DNA of 64,000 nucleotides from Terriglobia bacterium (GCA_035315065.1 DATFYM010000002.1:5949-69948); one strand, 5' to 3'; positions 16,480-26,228 are shown, numbered from the stretch's first letter. Notes: generated from the letters alone by a model not told the origin. Program-made: numbers and translations.

Positions 16480-17502
16480 TCACACCTCCACCTTCTCAAT
16501 CTGACTCGGCTGATTCGTCCCCAGCCGGTGCCGGGCATCGGCGGCCGTCGCGATGTACGTGGGCGCCCGTTTCTCGGCCTCCAGGGACTTCATGCCTTGC
16601 TCCGACCTTTTCTGTTCAATCAGCCGCCAACCGGTGTAGTCGAGAGCCACGGGGTCCTGGGCCACCAGCAATCCGTTAAAGGGCCAAGACCACTGAGGCA
16701 TGTAGGAAGGCCCGCCTTCGTATTGCGCGGTCGTGGCGTCACAGATGCTGAGCCGGATTTTCTGCCGAATCGGCGGCAGCATATTTACGTCGGCGATGTA
16801 GGGGTCGCCCACATCGAGGTGATACTTGTTGGGGTTGTGGATGGCGCCGAAGAGATTCTTGAGTGCCAGCGTTATGCCGGCGATTCCATGGTCCTTGAGC
16901 ACGGGCAGGTTGATGACCGCGTCGCAAGTACGAGTGAGGGTTCTCGACACCAAGCTGCCAACACTGCCGTAGATCGCGAGGTCCTGCTCGTAACCCGCGC
17001 TATCGTTGCCGATGTAGCGGATCCCTGACTGCTTCGATCCAGGCCGAAAGCCCGCGCTTTCCAGATCGCCGTCCAGCCGGTCCCACACCACGATGTCCTT
17101 GATGCCCGCCTGCTGGAGTCGCTCCGCGATCGCTTCCACCAGCATCACGTTGGTGGAGGCGGTGCCTCGTCCCGCCAGGCAGTTGACTTTCAGGCCTACC
17201 ACTTCGCCCGGCCGCACCAACTTCTTCCAAGCGGCTAAGGGAGAGTCGCAGTCATAGAAAGACTGCATGGCTCGATCCAGCAGTTTCAGGAGCCGTGCGG
17301 AGTCGACGCTCGCGCCTGACCCTCGCAGCGCCGCGTCCCGCGCCACCACGACTCTCGATTTAGTCTGTAGGGCGGCAGGTGCCGATCCCGCATGCGGGAC
17401 CGGCGCTACACCCAACGCGGCGCCAGCAATGCAGGTCCGCAGAAACTCGCGACGATTAGACCCACAAAAAATGGGCTTTAACTCCGAATTCTCCAGTGGC
17501 AT
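16480..17502 (-). CDS. DUF362 domain protein with twin-arginine leader
   Basis: MPLENSELKPIFCGSNRREFLRTCIAGAALGVA leader. Shares the block INLPVLKDHGIAGITLALKNLFG with the neighbouring paralog. Start trimmed to the ATG at 17502. Confidence 0.75.
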   Translation of the reverse strand: MPLENSELKPIFCGSNRREFLRTCIAGAALGVAPVPHAGSAPAALQTKSRVVVARDAALRGSGASVDSARLLKLLDRAMQSFYDCDSPLAAWKKLVRPGEVVGLKVNCLAGRGTASTNVMLVEAIAERLQQAGIKDIVVWDRLDGDLESAGFRPGSKQSGIRYIGNDSAGYEQDLAIYGSVGSLVSRTLTRTCDAVINLPVLKDHGIAGITLALKNLFGAIHNPNKYHLDVGDPYIADVNMLPPIRQKIRLSICDATTAQYEGGPSYMPQWSWPFNGLLVAQDPVALDYTGWRLIEQKRSEQGMKSLEAEKRAPTYIATAADARHRLGTNQPSQIEKVEV

Positions 17503-17670
17503 GGTTGCACCCGTCAGCCCAGATCGGTTAGCCAGGCACACGAATGCCCGACGCGATGCCCTAAAGTTAAACCCTTGACAAAAGTGCCGTCAGTATCACC
17601 GGTCACCCGTGCCTGTGACTAACGTCACTGCGGGTCAGGTCCTTAGTTGGATAAGTTCCAGATGGCCGTT

Positions 17671-17815
17671 AAGAATTGACGGTTGCAGATTGACGATTGG
17701 AAGAGGACCACCAATGACGATTGTCTGGGCCTATTGAAGGCCGCCGCGGCCTGCTTCTCTTTCTTTTTCAGTCGTCAATCGTAAATCTGTCCCGCCAGGC
17801 GGGATCAATTCTTCG
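17671..17815. repeat. Word-periodic palindrome, ATTGACG class
   Basis: AAGAATTGACGGTTGCAGATTGACGATTGG ... CAGTCGTCAATCGTAAATCTG ... GATCAATTCTT. Confidence 0.8.
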
Positions 17816-17905
17816 CCTTTGTCAGGAATTGGGTGTAACAGCACATTAGCCAGTCCGCACCCTGGGCCTTATATCCCGTTTACGGGGTTATTTCAGGGGC
17901 CATCT

Positions 17906-18907
17906 ATGGGCGCCAAAACCGATCTGCCGGGCCGTCGTCACGCTTTGCTTAAACTGGCGCGCTTGGGAGGATTGGGAGGGTTGGGAGCAGCTACCGCCGG
18001 TCTGGGTGTCTGGCTTAGCGCCCGCAGCAAGCAGCCCGAAGAGAACCCAGAGGAGAGCTTAGCTGCGAGCTTTGAACCCCGTCGAAACCTGCCGCCCGAT
18101 CCAAACCTGCCCGAGTTGGTGGTGGTGCAAGGCGAGGACCCGCGACTGCTGGTGCGCAGATCGCTCGAAGGACTGGGCGGCATAGGGCGGTTTGTCGTCC
18201 AGGGTGATGTGGTCCTGATCAAGCCGAACATCGCCTGGGACCGCACGCCGGAGCAGGCGGCCAACACCAATCCCCAGGTGGTGGCGGAGATGGTCCGACT
18301 CTGCCGGGAGGCCGGGGCGCGGAAGGTGATCGTCACTGACGTGAGTTGCAACGACCCCCGGCGCTGTTTCCGGCGCAGTGGCATCGCTGAGGCCGCGAGC
18401 GCCGAGGGCGCGGAAGTGGTCCTGCCCGAGGATCGGCACTTCAAGAGGGTCAACCTGCCAGGAAACCTCGGTTCGTGGCCCGTGCTGGAGCCCCTTCTCA
18501 CCGCCGATAAGGTGATCAACATCCCTGTCGCTAAACATCACAGCCTGACAGGCGTGACCCTGGGCATGAAGAACTGGATCGGCATCGTGGGCGGGCCTCG
18601 GGTTTGGCTGCACCAGGATATTCACACCAGTGTAGTCGACCTGGCCGAATTCGCGCGGCCGACGGTCACCATCATCGATGCCTATCGCGTCCTCGTGCGC
18701 AACGGCCCCACCGGCGGAAGCCTTTCCGACGTCGAGGTAAGGAAGACGTTGATTGCCGGCACCGACCCAGTAGCGCTGGACGCCTATGCCGCCAAGACCT
18801 ATTGGAACCTGGACCCGCGATCGCTGAGGTATCTGAAGATCGCCAGCGATCGTGGTCTGGGAAACATGAACTTCGAGCAAGTGAGGTCGCAAAAGGTGAC
18901 GCTGTGA
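17906..18907 (+). CDS. DUF362 domain protein with twin-arginine leader (paralog)
   Basis: MGAKTDLPGRRHALLKLARLGGLGG leader. Blocks VVLIKPNIAWD and INIPVAKHHSLTGVTLGMKNWIG. Start trimmed to the ATG at 17906. Confidence 0.75.
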   Translation: MGAKTDLPGRRHALLKLARLGGLGGLGAATAGLGVWLSARSKQPEENPEESLAASFEPRRNLPPDPNLPELVVVQGEDPRLLVRRSLEGLGGIGRFVVQGDVVLIKPNIAWDRTPEQAANTNPQVVAEMVRLCREAGARKVIVTDVSCNDPRRCFRRSGIAEAASAEGAEVVLPEDRHFKRVNLPGNLGSWPVLEPLLTADKVINIPVAKHHSLTGVTLGMKNWIGIVGGPRVWLHQDIHTSVVDLAEFARPTVTIIDAYRVLVRNGPTGGSLSDVEVRKTLIAGTDPVALDAYAAKTYWNLDPRSLRYLKIASDRGLGNMNFEQVRSQKVTL

Positions 18908-18960
18908 AGGAAGGGCCGCTTTTATGCGGAGCGACATAATTCGCTGCGGGAAAACTCCAT

Positions 18961-19147
18961 GGCTGTCATGCTGAACGCAGATTCCATGAGCCTTTGGCTC
19001 GCCACTGTGCATGAAAATGGCCTCGTTGGAGCAAGTCTTTTTTTTTCAGTACCGCCTTTGGCTATTTTCATGGCAGCGAAGCATCTCTCTTCTTGCCGGC
19101 TGAGGCAGCACAAGAGAGATTCTTCGCTACGCTTAGAATGACATGCC
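18961..19147. repeat. Degenerate palindrome of the GTCATTCTGAGCGAAGCGAAGAATC type
   Basis: GGCTGTCATGCTGAACGCAGATTCC ... GAGATTCTTCGCTACGCTTAGAATGACATGCC. Confidence 0.65.
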
Positions 19148-19202
19148 GACGCTTATCGCGAATGCATGTTGTTTTGTCGAAGTCGTCAATCAGCCGTCGT
19201 GA

Positions 19203-20933
19203 ATGGTAATGAGCCAATCGGACCTTCCCAAGCTGCGGCGCGCCTCACAGATTCTCTTCTTCGCTCTATTCCTGCTCCATCTGTTCGAGACCGAGTTCCG
19301 CGGCTCGCTCAAGGGCGTAACCGGCGACATCCGGTTGCCGATCCCTTACCCCGCCATCTTCCTCCTGTCGGACCCACTGGTCGCTATCTGCAACGCTCTC
19401 GCTTCCCGCGCCTTGTACCGGGGACTTCTTTGGAGTTTGACCATTTTGCTTCCCACTTTCTTCCTGGGACGATTCTTCTGCGGCTGGATTTGCCCGCTTG
19501 GCACACTGCATCACTTTTTCAGCCATCTCAAATCGGAGACAAAGCGTGGCCAGCGGCTGATCGAATCAAACCGCTATAAGAAGTGGCAGGCCACCAAGTA
19601 CTACATCCTCGCCGTGCTTCTGGTGTCGAGCCTCTTCGGGGTGATGATGCCAGCCCTGATGGACCCCATTTCCTTCCTGATTCGGTCACTGACGGTGTCC
19701 GTCCTGCCCGGACTGAATCTGGCCTTTAACGCCGTGCTGGATTCTCTCTATCAGACCAACAGCGGCGTGCTGGGGTTCATCGCCCATGCCTTGCAGTTTT
19801 TGCTGAACGCGACCCTGCTCAGCTTCAAGCAGCCGCATTTCAGGCAGGGATTCTTCCTGGGATTAATTCTGATCACGCTGCTCGCTCTGAATCTGCGCGT
19901 AACTCGCTTCTGGTGCCGCGCCCTGTGCCCGTTGGGGGCCCTGCTGGGTCTGGTGTCACGGTGGTCGATTCTGGGGATGGAGAAATGTGCGAGCGATTGT
20001 GACGATTGCCAGCGCTGCCTGTTGCATTGCCAGGGTGGCGATGACCCCATGCCAGGCGTGCCGTGGCGCAAGGCGGAATGTCACCTCTGTTTCAACTGCG
20101 TCGGCGACTGCCCGAAGAGCGGCGTCAAATTCAAGTTCTTCCCGGAGCTTGGTAGGGGCGAGCGGCGCTCGATCAATCCCAACGCTGACGCGGGGCCGAA
20201 CGCCGTTCGGCCGTACCAGACCACACTGATCGGTCCTCAGTTGCATCGGCGTAAGCTCCTCGCTTCGGTGGCGGCGGGCGCGGCCTTGCTCCCGATGTTT
20301 CGGAGCACCACCGCCTTCGGCGTTGAGCGCAGCCCTAGCCTCATCCGTCCGCCGGGGTCGCTGGACGAATCAGACTTTCTCGCTCGTTGCATCCGCTGCG
20401 GCGAGTGCATGAAGGTCTGCCCTAACAACGCCCTGCATCCGACGTTGACTGAAGCTGGATTCGAGGGCATTTGGAGTCCGGTGCTGGTGCCGCGCGTCGG
20501 CTACTGCGAGCCGAGTTGCACGCTGTGCGGCCAAGTGTGCCCCACCGGCGCCATCTGGGAGATCACGCAGGCAGAAAAGGCGTGGCTTCCAGCGGCCAGC
20601 CGACCAGACGCCAAGCCTGCTAAGCCTATTCGGCTCGGAACCGCATTCTACGATCAGGGCCGCTGCCTGCCGTGGTCGATGGCCACCGAGTGCATCGTCT
20701 GCGAAGAGTGGTGCCCTACCTCTCCCAAAGCGATTTATCTGGTTGCGGCGGTGGTGGTCGACGCTCAGGGCAAGGTGAAGCAGGTCCGCCAACCCCATGT
20801 CGATCCCAACCGCTGCGTAGGATGCGGTGCCTGCGAGTTCGCGTGTCCGGTGAAGGATCGTGCTGCCGTATACGTCACGAGCATTGGTGAGAGCCGCTCG
20901 CGGACACACCAGATCCTGCTTCAGAAGGTGTGA
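19203..20933 (+). CDS. Membrane-bound polyferredoxin, NapH/MauN-like N-half fused to NapG/MauM-like 4x[4Fe-4S] C-half
   Basis: FFCGWICPLG and FWCRALCPLG membrane motifs. Cys clusters CDDCQRCLLHC and CHLCFNCVGDCP. Internal RRKLLASVAAGAALL segment. CIRCGECMKVCP, CTLCGQVCPTG, CIVCEEWCPTS, CVGCGACEFACP. Confidence 0.8.
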   Translation: MVMSQSDLPKLRRASQILFFALFLLHLFETEFRGSLKGVTGDIRLPIPYPAIFLLSDPLVAICNALASRALYRGLLWSLTILLPTFFLGRFFCGWICPLGTLHHFFSHLKSETKRGQRLIESNRYKKWQATKYYILAVLLVSSLFGVMMPALMDPISFLIRSLTVSVLPGLNLAFNAVLDSLYQTNSGVLGFIAHALQFLLNATLLSFKQPHFRQGFFLGLILITLLALNLRVTRFWCRALCPLGALLGLVSRWSILGMEKCASDCDDCQRCLLHCQGGDDPMPGVPWRKAECHLCFNCVGDCPKSGVKFKFFPELGRGERRSINPNADAGPNAVRPYQTTLIGPQLHRRKLLASVAAGAALLPMFRSTTAFGVERSPSLIRPPGSLDESDFLARCIRCGECMKVCPNNALHPTLTEAGFEGIWSPVLVPRVGYCEPSCTLCGQVCPTGAIWEITQAEKAWLPAASRPDAKPAKPIRLGTAFYDQGRCLPWSMATECIVCEEWCPTSPKAIYLVAAVVVDAQGKVKQVRQPHVDPNRCVGCGACEFACPVKDRAAVYVTSIGESRSRTHQILLQKV

Positions 20934-20939
20934 AGACTA

Positions 20940-21044
20940 AACACAGAGGCACCGAGACACAGAGAAGAGAAAGAGAATCACATGGACATGTCGCTTGGTT
21001 TCCGACGTTCCCCATTTTTCTCTGTGCCTCCGTGTCTCTGTGTT
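20940..21044. repeat. Word-periodic palindrome, CACAGAG class
   Basis: AACACAGAGGCACCGAGACACAGAGAAGAGAAA / TTTTTCTCTGTGCCTCCGTGTCTCTGTGTT. The right arm lies inside the tracked lipoprotein ORF. Confidence 0.85.
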
Positions 21045-21530
21045 GGAAGCTCCCTCGCAATCCTTACGCTGAGTCTTTCCCTGGCGTGTGGCTCGAAATC
21101 CAGCTCCAAGCCCGCAACGTATTTCCCCGAGTCCAATGAGGCGCCTGGCTGGAGCAAGTCCGGCGAGACCCGAACCTTTCCTGCCGACCGGCTCTGGGAA
21201 TACATCGACGGCGACGCCGACAAGTACGTTCAGGCCGGCGTGCAGCAGACTCTGACCACCGACTACCGCTACGGCGACAAGATCGAAGCAGTGGCGGACG
21301 TGTATGTGATGGCCACGGCCGACGGAGCCGAAAAGGCCTTTGAATCGCAGGCGACGACGGGGAGCCAATCCGTGCCGCTGGGCGATGCGGCGCGGCTTTA
21401 CAAAGGAAGCCTGACGCTACGCAAGAATCGCTATTTTGTGCGTCTGGTGGCTTACGAAGATTTGCCGGAAGCACCACAGGCGCTGGTCGCCTTGGGGCGC
21501 GCCATCGCGGGCAAGCTAGACCAAAAATGA
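20982..21530 (+). CDS. Hypothetical lipoprotein (possibly DUF6599-like)
   Basis: Leader ending LSLSLACGS (lipobox). Start uncertain because codons 11-21 are the right arm of a palindrome. Family call is from memory only. Confidence 0.55.
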   Translation: MDMSLGFRRSPFFSVPPCLCVGSSLAILTLSLSLACGSKSSSKPATYFPESNEAPGWSKSGETRTFPADRLWEYIDGDADKYVQAGVQQTLTTDYRYGDKIEAVADVYVMATADGAEKAFESQATTGSQSVPLGDAARLYKGSLTLRKNRYFVRLVAYEDLPEAPQALVALGRAIAGKLDQK

Positions 21531-21654
21531 GCCCTCACAGCTCCCAGACCTTACGTTGTTCACATAAGAGGTTTGAGGAGATTGTTCACGAGACTTGTTC
21601 CCGAGAGACCCCCTCAGCCGGCCCGCCCCGGCTGGAGAAAGCGCCGGTTGCGGT

Positions 21655-21732
21655 CCACCCTCTCCCCCAAAGGGGGCAAGGGTAGTAAATCCAGATTATT
21701 GCTCCCCTCGCCCCCTTGGGGGAGAGGGTCGG
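21655..21732. repeat. Palindrome CCACCCTCTCCCCCAAAGGGGG / CCCCCTTGGGGGAGAGGGTCGG
   Basis: Read directly in the 420-nt gap upstream of coaD. Confidence 0.8.
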
Positions 21733-22023
21733 GGATGGGACGAGGCTGACTTAGATGAGGGTTCGCTCCTAACGGAGCTCGCCCTCCATGAGCTATAAGG
21801 GGGTCGAATTGGACACAGTCAGCATAAGCGAACAGTGTTGCTCCTACGCCCCAGACTTAGACTAGTCCGCCGCTGCATCCGCGATCAATCACCCTAAACG
21901 AACCGGGCAACTGCCTTCGAGCCGAACCCAATCCAACCCCCCAACCCCTTCTTGGGTTTACAACTCCTCAAGGGAAAAGCTAGAATGACGGATTCGGAGT
22001 CGGCTTTCGACGGCAACGGACCT

Positions 22024-22518
22024 ATGCCTGAGATCCTCGCCATTTATCCAGGGTCGTTTGACCCGATGACCAACGGCCACCTCGACCTGATCGAGCGCGG
22101 CTGCCGGCTGTTTGACCGGCTGATTGTGGCGGTGCTGACCAACCTCGATAAGGAGCCGTTCTTCACCGTCGCCGAACGGGTGGAGATGCTCGCGGCCGTG
22201 ACCAGCAAAATGGAAAACGTCTCGGTGGACACCTTCAGCGGCTTGCTGGTGGACTATGCGAGATACAAGCGGGCGGAGGTGATCCTGCGGGGCGTGCGCG
22301 CTTTCTCGGACTACGAGTACGAGTTGCAAATGGCGTTGATGAACCGCAAGCTGGAGCCGAAGGTGGAGACGGTTTTCCTGATGCCGCAGGAAGAGTACAG
22401 CTATCTCAGTTCGCGGATGGTAAGGGAAATCTTCAAGTTGGGCGGACCCGTGAAGGGCTTGGTACCGCCCCTGGTAGAAGAGTGGCTGCATCGGAAAGCC
22501 TTTCCCCAAGTTTCATAA
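22024..22518 (+). CDS. coaD: Phosphopantetheine adenylyltransferase
   Basis: YPGSFDPMTNGHLDLIERG motif. Start trimmed to MPEILAIYPG. In-frame ATG at 21985 and the track's alternative (non-ATG) start at 21952 are also possible. Confidence 0.9.
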   Translation: MPEILAIYPGSFDPMTNGHLDLIERGCRLFDRLIVAVLTNLDKEPFFTVAERVEMLAAVTSKMENVSVDTFSGLLVDYARYKRAEVILRGVRAFSDYEYELQMALMNRKLEPKVETVFLMPQEEYSYLSSRMVREIFKLGGPVKGLVPPLVEEWLHRKAFPQVS

Positions 22519-22533
22519 GGGTCGTCCAGAAGA

Positions 22534-23706
22534 ATGCATTTCTCCCAGAGCGTTTCTCGCATTTCGATTTCCTCCACCGCGGCGGTGGTGCAGAAGGCGG
22601 CCAAGCTCAAAGCCGACGGCGTCAGCGTGGTGGACTTTGGCGCCGGCGAGCCGGACTTTCCAACGCCTGACAACATCAAGCGCGCCGCCGTCGAGGCTCT
22701 GAACGAGAACTTCACCAAGTACACGCCCACCGGCGGCACGCGTGAGTTGCGGCAAGCGTTGGTGGAACGGCACGCCGCCGATTTCGGATCGAACTACCAC
22801 CCCGAAGAGTGCCTGGTGACCCCGGGCGGCAAGATGGCCATCTTCGAGGCGGTCGCGGCGGTGATCAACGATGGCGACGAAGTGATCCTGCCCGTCCCCT
22901 ACTGGGTATCGTACCTGGATATGGTTCATTACGCGGGCGGCAAGGTGGTGCTGCTCGAAACCGACGAGCACGACAATTTTGCCGTCCGCGCCCAGGCAAT
23001 CGAGCGGCTCATCACTTCCAGAACCAACCTCATCATTCTTAACTCGCCCAGTAATCCCGCGGGCACCGTGATTCCCGCCCGGGAGATGGAGCAGATCCTG
23101 GCGCTGGCTGTGGAGCGGAACTTGCTGCTGATGACGGACGAGTGCTACTGCCATTTCCTCTATGACGGGCGCCAGCGGTTTTCTCTCGGATCGTCGCACA
23201 ACCGGGAGCACCTGATCGTGGTGGGATCGCTCTCCAAGACTTATGCCATGACGGGTTGGCGCGTCGGCTTCGCGCTCGGCTCGGCGCCCCTGCTTGCGAA
23301 TATGCTGAAGCTGCAGAGTCACTCGACCTCCAATCCCAATTCGATCGCCCAAAAAGCGGCGGTCGAGGCAGTGCGAGGGCCACAGGACTCGGTGGCTCGG
23401 ATGCTGGCCGAGTACAACTGGCGGCGCGACCTGATCGTCTCCGGGCTACGTGCCATCCGCGGCGTCCAGTGCGCAATGCCGGAGGGCGCGTTCTACGTTT
23501 ATCCCAACGTCCGCTCGTACCTGCAAGGAAACGGCTTGGGCGAAACGACGGCCCTGGCCGAGAGGCTCCTGGACGAGGCGCACGTGGCCGTGGTGCCGGG
23601 TCCCGCCTTTGGAACCCACGAGCATTTGCGGATTTCGTACGCGACTTCGCGCGAACAGATCGAGGAGGGATTGCGTCGGTTGAAGGACTTCTTCGCCCGA
23701 ATGTAG
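22534..23706 (+). CDS. Pyridoxal-phosphate-dependent aminotransferase (aspartate aminotransferase class I)
   Basis: GSLSKTYAMTGWRVGF PLP-lysine block. NSPSNPAG. 390 aa. Confidence 0.85.
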   Translation: MHFSQSVSRISISSTAAVVQKAAKLKADGVSVVDFGAGEPDFPTPDNIKRAAVEALNENFTKYTPTGGTRELRQALVERHAADFGSNYHPEECLVTPGGKMAIFEAVAAVINDGDEVILPVPYWVSYLDMVHYAGGKVVLLETDEHDNFAVRAQAIERLITSRTNLIILNSPSNPAGTVIPAREMEQILALAVERNLLLMTDECYCHFLYDGRQRFSLGSSHNREHLIVVGSLSKTYAMTGWRVGFALGSAPLLANMLKLQSHSTSNPNSIAQKAAVEAVRGPQDSVARMLAEYNWRRDLIVSGLRAIRGVQCAMPEGAFYVYPNVRSYLQGNGLGETTALAERLLDEAHVAVVPGPAFGTHEHLRISYATSREQIEEGLRRLKDFFARM

Positions 23707-23770
23707 GAATTGACGATTGCCGATTGGTCCCGGAGTGAAGCGAAGGCTAGACGATTGGAAGAGAAGAAAT

Positions 23771-23877
23771 GAATCCACAGATTACGCAGATTTCACAGAC
23801 CGATGATGATAAGGGAAGAAAAGCGCGTTGTTCTTTTCTTGTCCTATATCTGTGTAATCTGCGAAATCTGTGGATTG
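23771..23877. repeat. Word-periodic palindrome, AATCCACAGATTACGCAGAT class
   Basis: GAATCCACAGATTACGCAGATTTCACAGA / TCTGTGTAATCTGCGAAATCTGTGGATTG. Confidence 0.9.
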
Positions 23878-23899
23878 CCTTCCGCTCACCAGCCAAGCT

Positions 23900-25018
23900 A
23901 TGACGAAACTCGATGTTCCCCTCCAGCTCGCTCCTGCATTCCAGCCCAAAATCTGGGGCCGGCGTGATCTCGCGCCGCTCTATCAGCGGCCAGGGATGTC
24001 TCGAAGGCGGCGCCGCGCCGATGAGGGTGTTGCCGTTGCGCCTGCGATCGCGACCATGGAACGCATCGGCGAGGCGTGGCTCACGGGTGACGAGGCGCGC
24101 TTCATGAACGGCCCGGTTTCCGGGCTAACCCTCGGCGAAGTTTCCCGGCAATACGGCGCGGAGCTGCACGGCGAGTCCTGGAAGGGCGATCGCTTTCCTG
24201 TCCTGGCGAAATTCATTTACACCAGCGACTGGCTCTCGGTGCAGGTCCACCCCGATGACGCGTACGCCGCCGTGCACGACCCCGGCAACGTCGGCAAGTG
24301 CGAGGGGTGGTACATCCTCAAGGCGGACCGTGGCGCGAGCTTCCTCCTGGGGCTGAAGCCGAAAACCAGCATCGAGGCTCTGCGGGCCGCGTGTGAGCGC
24401 GGGCTCTCGAAGAAACTGCTCCGGCTGTTTCACCCCAAGGCCAACGAGGCGGTTTTCGTGCCGCCGGGTACGGTCCACGCCCTCGGGCCCGGCCTTGTCC
24501 TTTTTGAAGCGGAGCAGAACTCAGATCTCACTTATCGCCTGGATGATTTCGGCCGGCTGGGACTCGACGGCAAGCCTCGGCCTCTGCACCTCAAGAAGGG
24601 AATGGAAGTGGCCCGCCTTGACTCTCCGGCCCACCGCGCTTTGCCGCAGGTGGTGCTGAGCGAGCCTTATGGGTCGCGCCGGTTGGTCGTGGCCTGCCGT
24701 ACCTTCGCAGTGGAAGAGTTGACGTTGCGGAAAGCGGCGTCGTTTGCCGGGTCGGCGGTGCGCGTCGAAGCCCTGGCGGTGGTGGCGGGCGACGGTCGCG
24801 TCGAAACCGGCGCCGGATGGCTGGGTTATCGCACGGGCGAAACGTGGCTGATTCCGCCCGCCACCACAAGCTACCGGTTGGTTCCGCGGGTGCCGACGCG
24901 GTTGCTGAAATTCTACGTGCCCGACCTCGCCCGCGATTTCGTTCAGCCGCTGACGGCGCGGCGTGGCGGCGCCGCGAAACTTAGCAAAATCGTCTTTCTT
25001 ACGGATCAAGAAAAATGA
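23900..25018 (+). CDS. Type I phosphomannose isomerase-like protein
   Basis: LSVQVHPDD and PPGTVHALGPG cupin motifs. Start trimmed to the ATG at 23900 because upstream codons are a palindrome arm. Confidence 0.75.
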   Translation: MTKLDVPLQLAPAFQPKIWGRRDLAPLYQRPGMSRRRRRADEGVAVAPAIATMERIGEAWLTGDEARFMNGPVSGLTLGEVSRQYGAELHGESWKGDRFPVLAKFIYTSDWLSVQVHPDDAYAAVHDPGNVGKCEGWYILKADRGASFLLGLKPKTSIEALRAACERGLSKKLLRLFHPKANEAVFVPPGTVHALGPGLVLFEAEQNSDLTYRLDDFGRLGLDGKPRPLHLKKGMEVARLDSPAHRALPQVVLSEPYGSRRLVVACRTFAVEELTLRKAASFAGSAVRVEALAVVAGDGRVETGAGWLGYRTGETWLIPPATTSYRLVPRVPTRLLKFYVPDLARDFVQPLTARRGGAAKLSKIVFLTDQEK

Positions 25019-25118
25019 ATCCGCAGATTACGCAGATTTCACCGAGTAAGAGCTCAACGACTTAAAGCGGCGCTCGATCGTTCTTGAAATCTGTGGAATC
25101 CGTGCAATCTGTGGATTC
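25017..25118. repeat. Word-periodic palindrome, AATCCACAGATTACGCAGAT class
   Basis: GAATCCGCAGATTACGCAGATTTCA / TGAAATCTGTGGAATCCGTGCAATCTGTGGATTC. Starts inside the stop codon of the isomerase gene. Confidence 0.9.
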
Positions 25119-25130
25119 CCTCTTCTCTTT

Positions 25131-26219
25131 ATGTCGTCACCTGTAGACCACGCTTACGCGGTGATTATGGCGGGCGGGAGCGGTACCCGCTTCTGGCCGC
25201 TGAGTCGGCGCAAGCGTCCAAAGCAGTTGCTCGAACTGTACGGCAGCGGCTCGTTGCTGGAGCAGACCGTCGAGCGGATTCGCAGCTTGATTCCACCCGA
25301 GCGTGTCTACGTCTTCACCAGCGACGCGGTCCGCAGAGAAGTGGTTCGGCGGTTGCCGGGAGTGCCCACGGAGCAGATTGTGGCGGAACCGGCCTCGCGG
25401 AACACCGCCCCGACCATTGGGTTGGCCGCGAACGAAATCCTGCGCCGCGACCCGGGCGGAATCATGGTGGTGTTGCCGTCCGACCACGTGATTGGCAAGC
25501 CGGCGGAGTTCCATCGGGTGCTGCGCGCGGCGTGCCGGTTTGGCGCGGTAGAGGGTCGCTCTGTCCTGATCGGGCTGAAGCCCACGCGCGCGGAAACGGG
25601 CTACGGTTACATCCGCCTGGGACCGCTGGCGACGCGACTGCGCGGTCAGGACCTCTACGAAGCCAGGCAGTTTACCGAGAAGCCCGATGCCGCGACCGCG
25701 AAGCAGTATGTGGACTCGGGAGAGTATCTGTGGAACGGCGGGATGTTCGTGTGGCGAGCCTCCACGCTGCTGCGAAATCTTGCGGCGTGCAAACCGGAAA
25801 TGGCGCAAGGTCTGGCTGAAATCGCGGCTCGCGGCGGCGCCGGCAACTCCCGGGCGATGAAGGAACTTTATCCGAAGGTGGAGAAGGTTTCCATCGACTA
25901 CGCAGTGGTGGAGAGAATCACTGATGTCTTTGTGGTCGCGGCCGACATGGGCTGGAGCGACGTAGGAAGCTGGGCCGAAGCCTACGAGCTGAACGCGAAG
26001 GACGCCGCCGGAAACGTGGCACCCAGCGGAAGTTTGTGCCTCAACTCATCCGGCAACCTGATCCGGGTGGAAGGCAAGCTGGTGGTGACGGTGGGCGTGG
26101 ACGACTTGGTGGTCGTCGAAACGCCTGACGCGTTGCTGGTCTGCCGCCGTCAGCGCTCCCAGGAGGTCGGCAAGGCGGTGCAGGAGTTGGAGCGCCGAGG
26201 TCGGGGTGATCTTCTGTAG
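25131..26219 (+). CDS. Mannose-1-phosphate guanylyltransferase
   Basis: MAGGSGTRFWPLSR nucleotidyltransferase motif. 362 aa. Confidence 0.85.
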   Translation: MSSPVDHAYAVIMAGGSGTRFWPLSRRKRPKQLLELYGSGSLLEQTVERIRSLIPPERVYVFTSDAVRREVVRRLPGVPTEQIVAEPASRNTAPTIGLAANEILRRDPGGIMVVLPSDHVIGKPAEFHRVLRAACRFGAVEGRSVLIGLKPTRAETGYGYIRLGPLATRLRGQDLYEARQFTEKPDAATAKQYVDSGEYLWNGGMFVWRASTLLRNLAACKPEMAQGLAEIAARGGAGNSRAMKELYPKVEKVSIDYAVVERITDVFVVAADMGWSDVGSWAEAYELNAKDAAGNVAPSGSLCLNSSGNLIRVEGKLVVTVGVDDLVVVETPDALLVCRRQRSQEVGKAVQELERRGRGDLL

Positions 26220-26228
26220 CGAGTGAAG

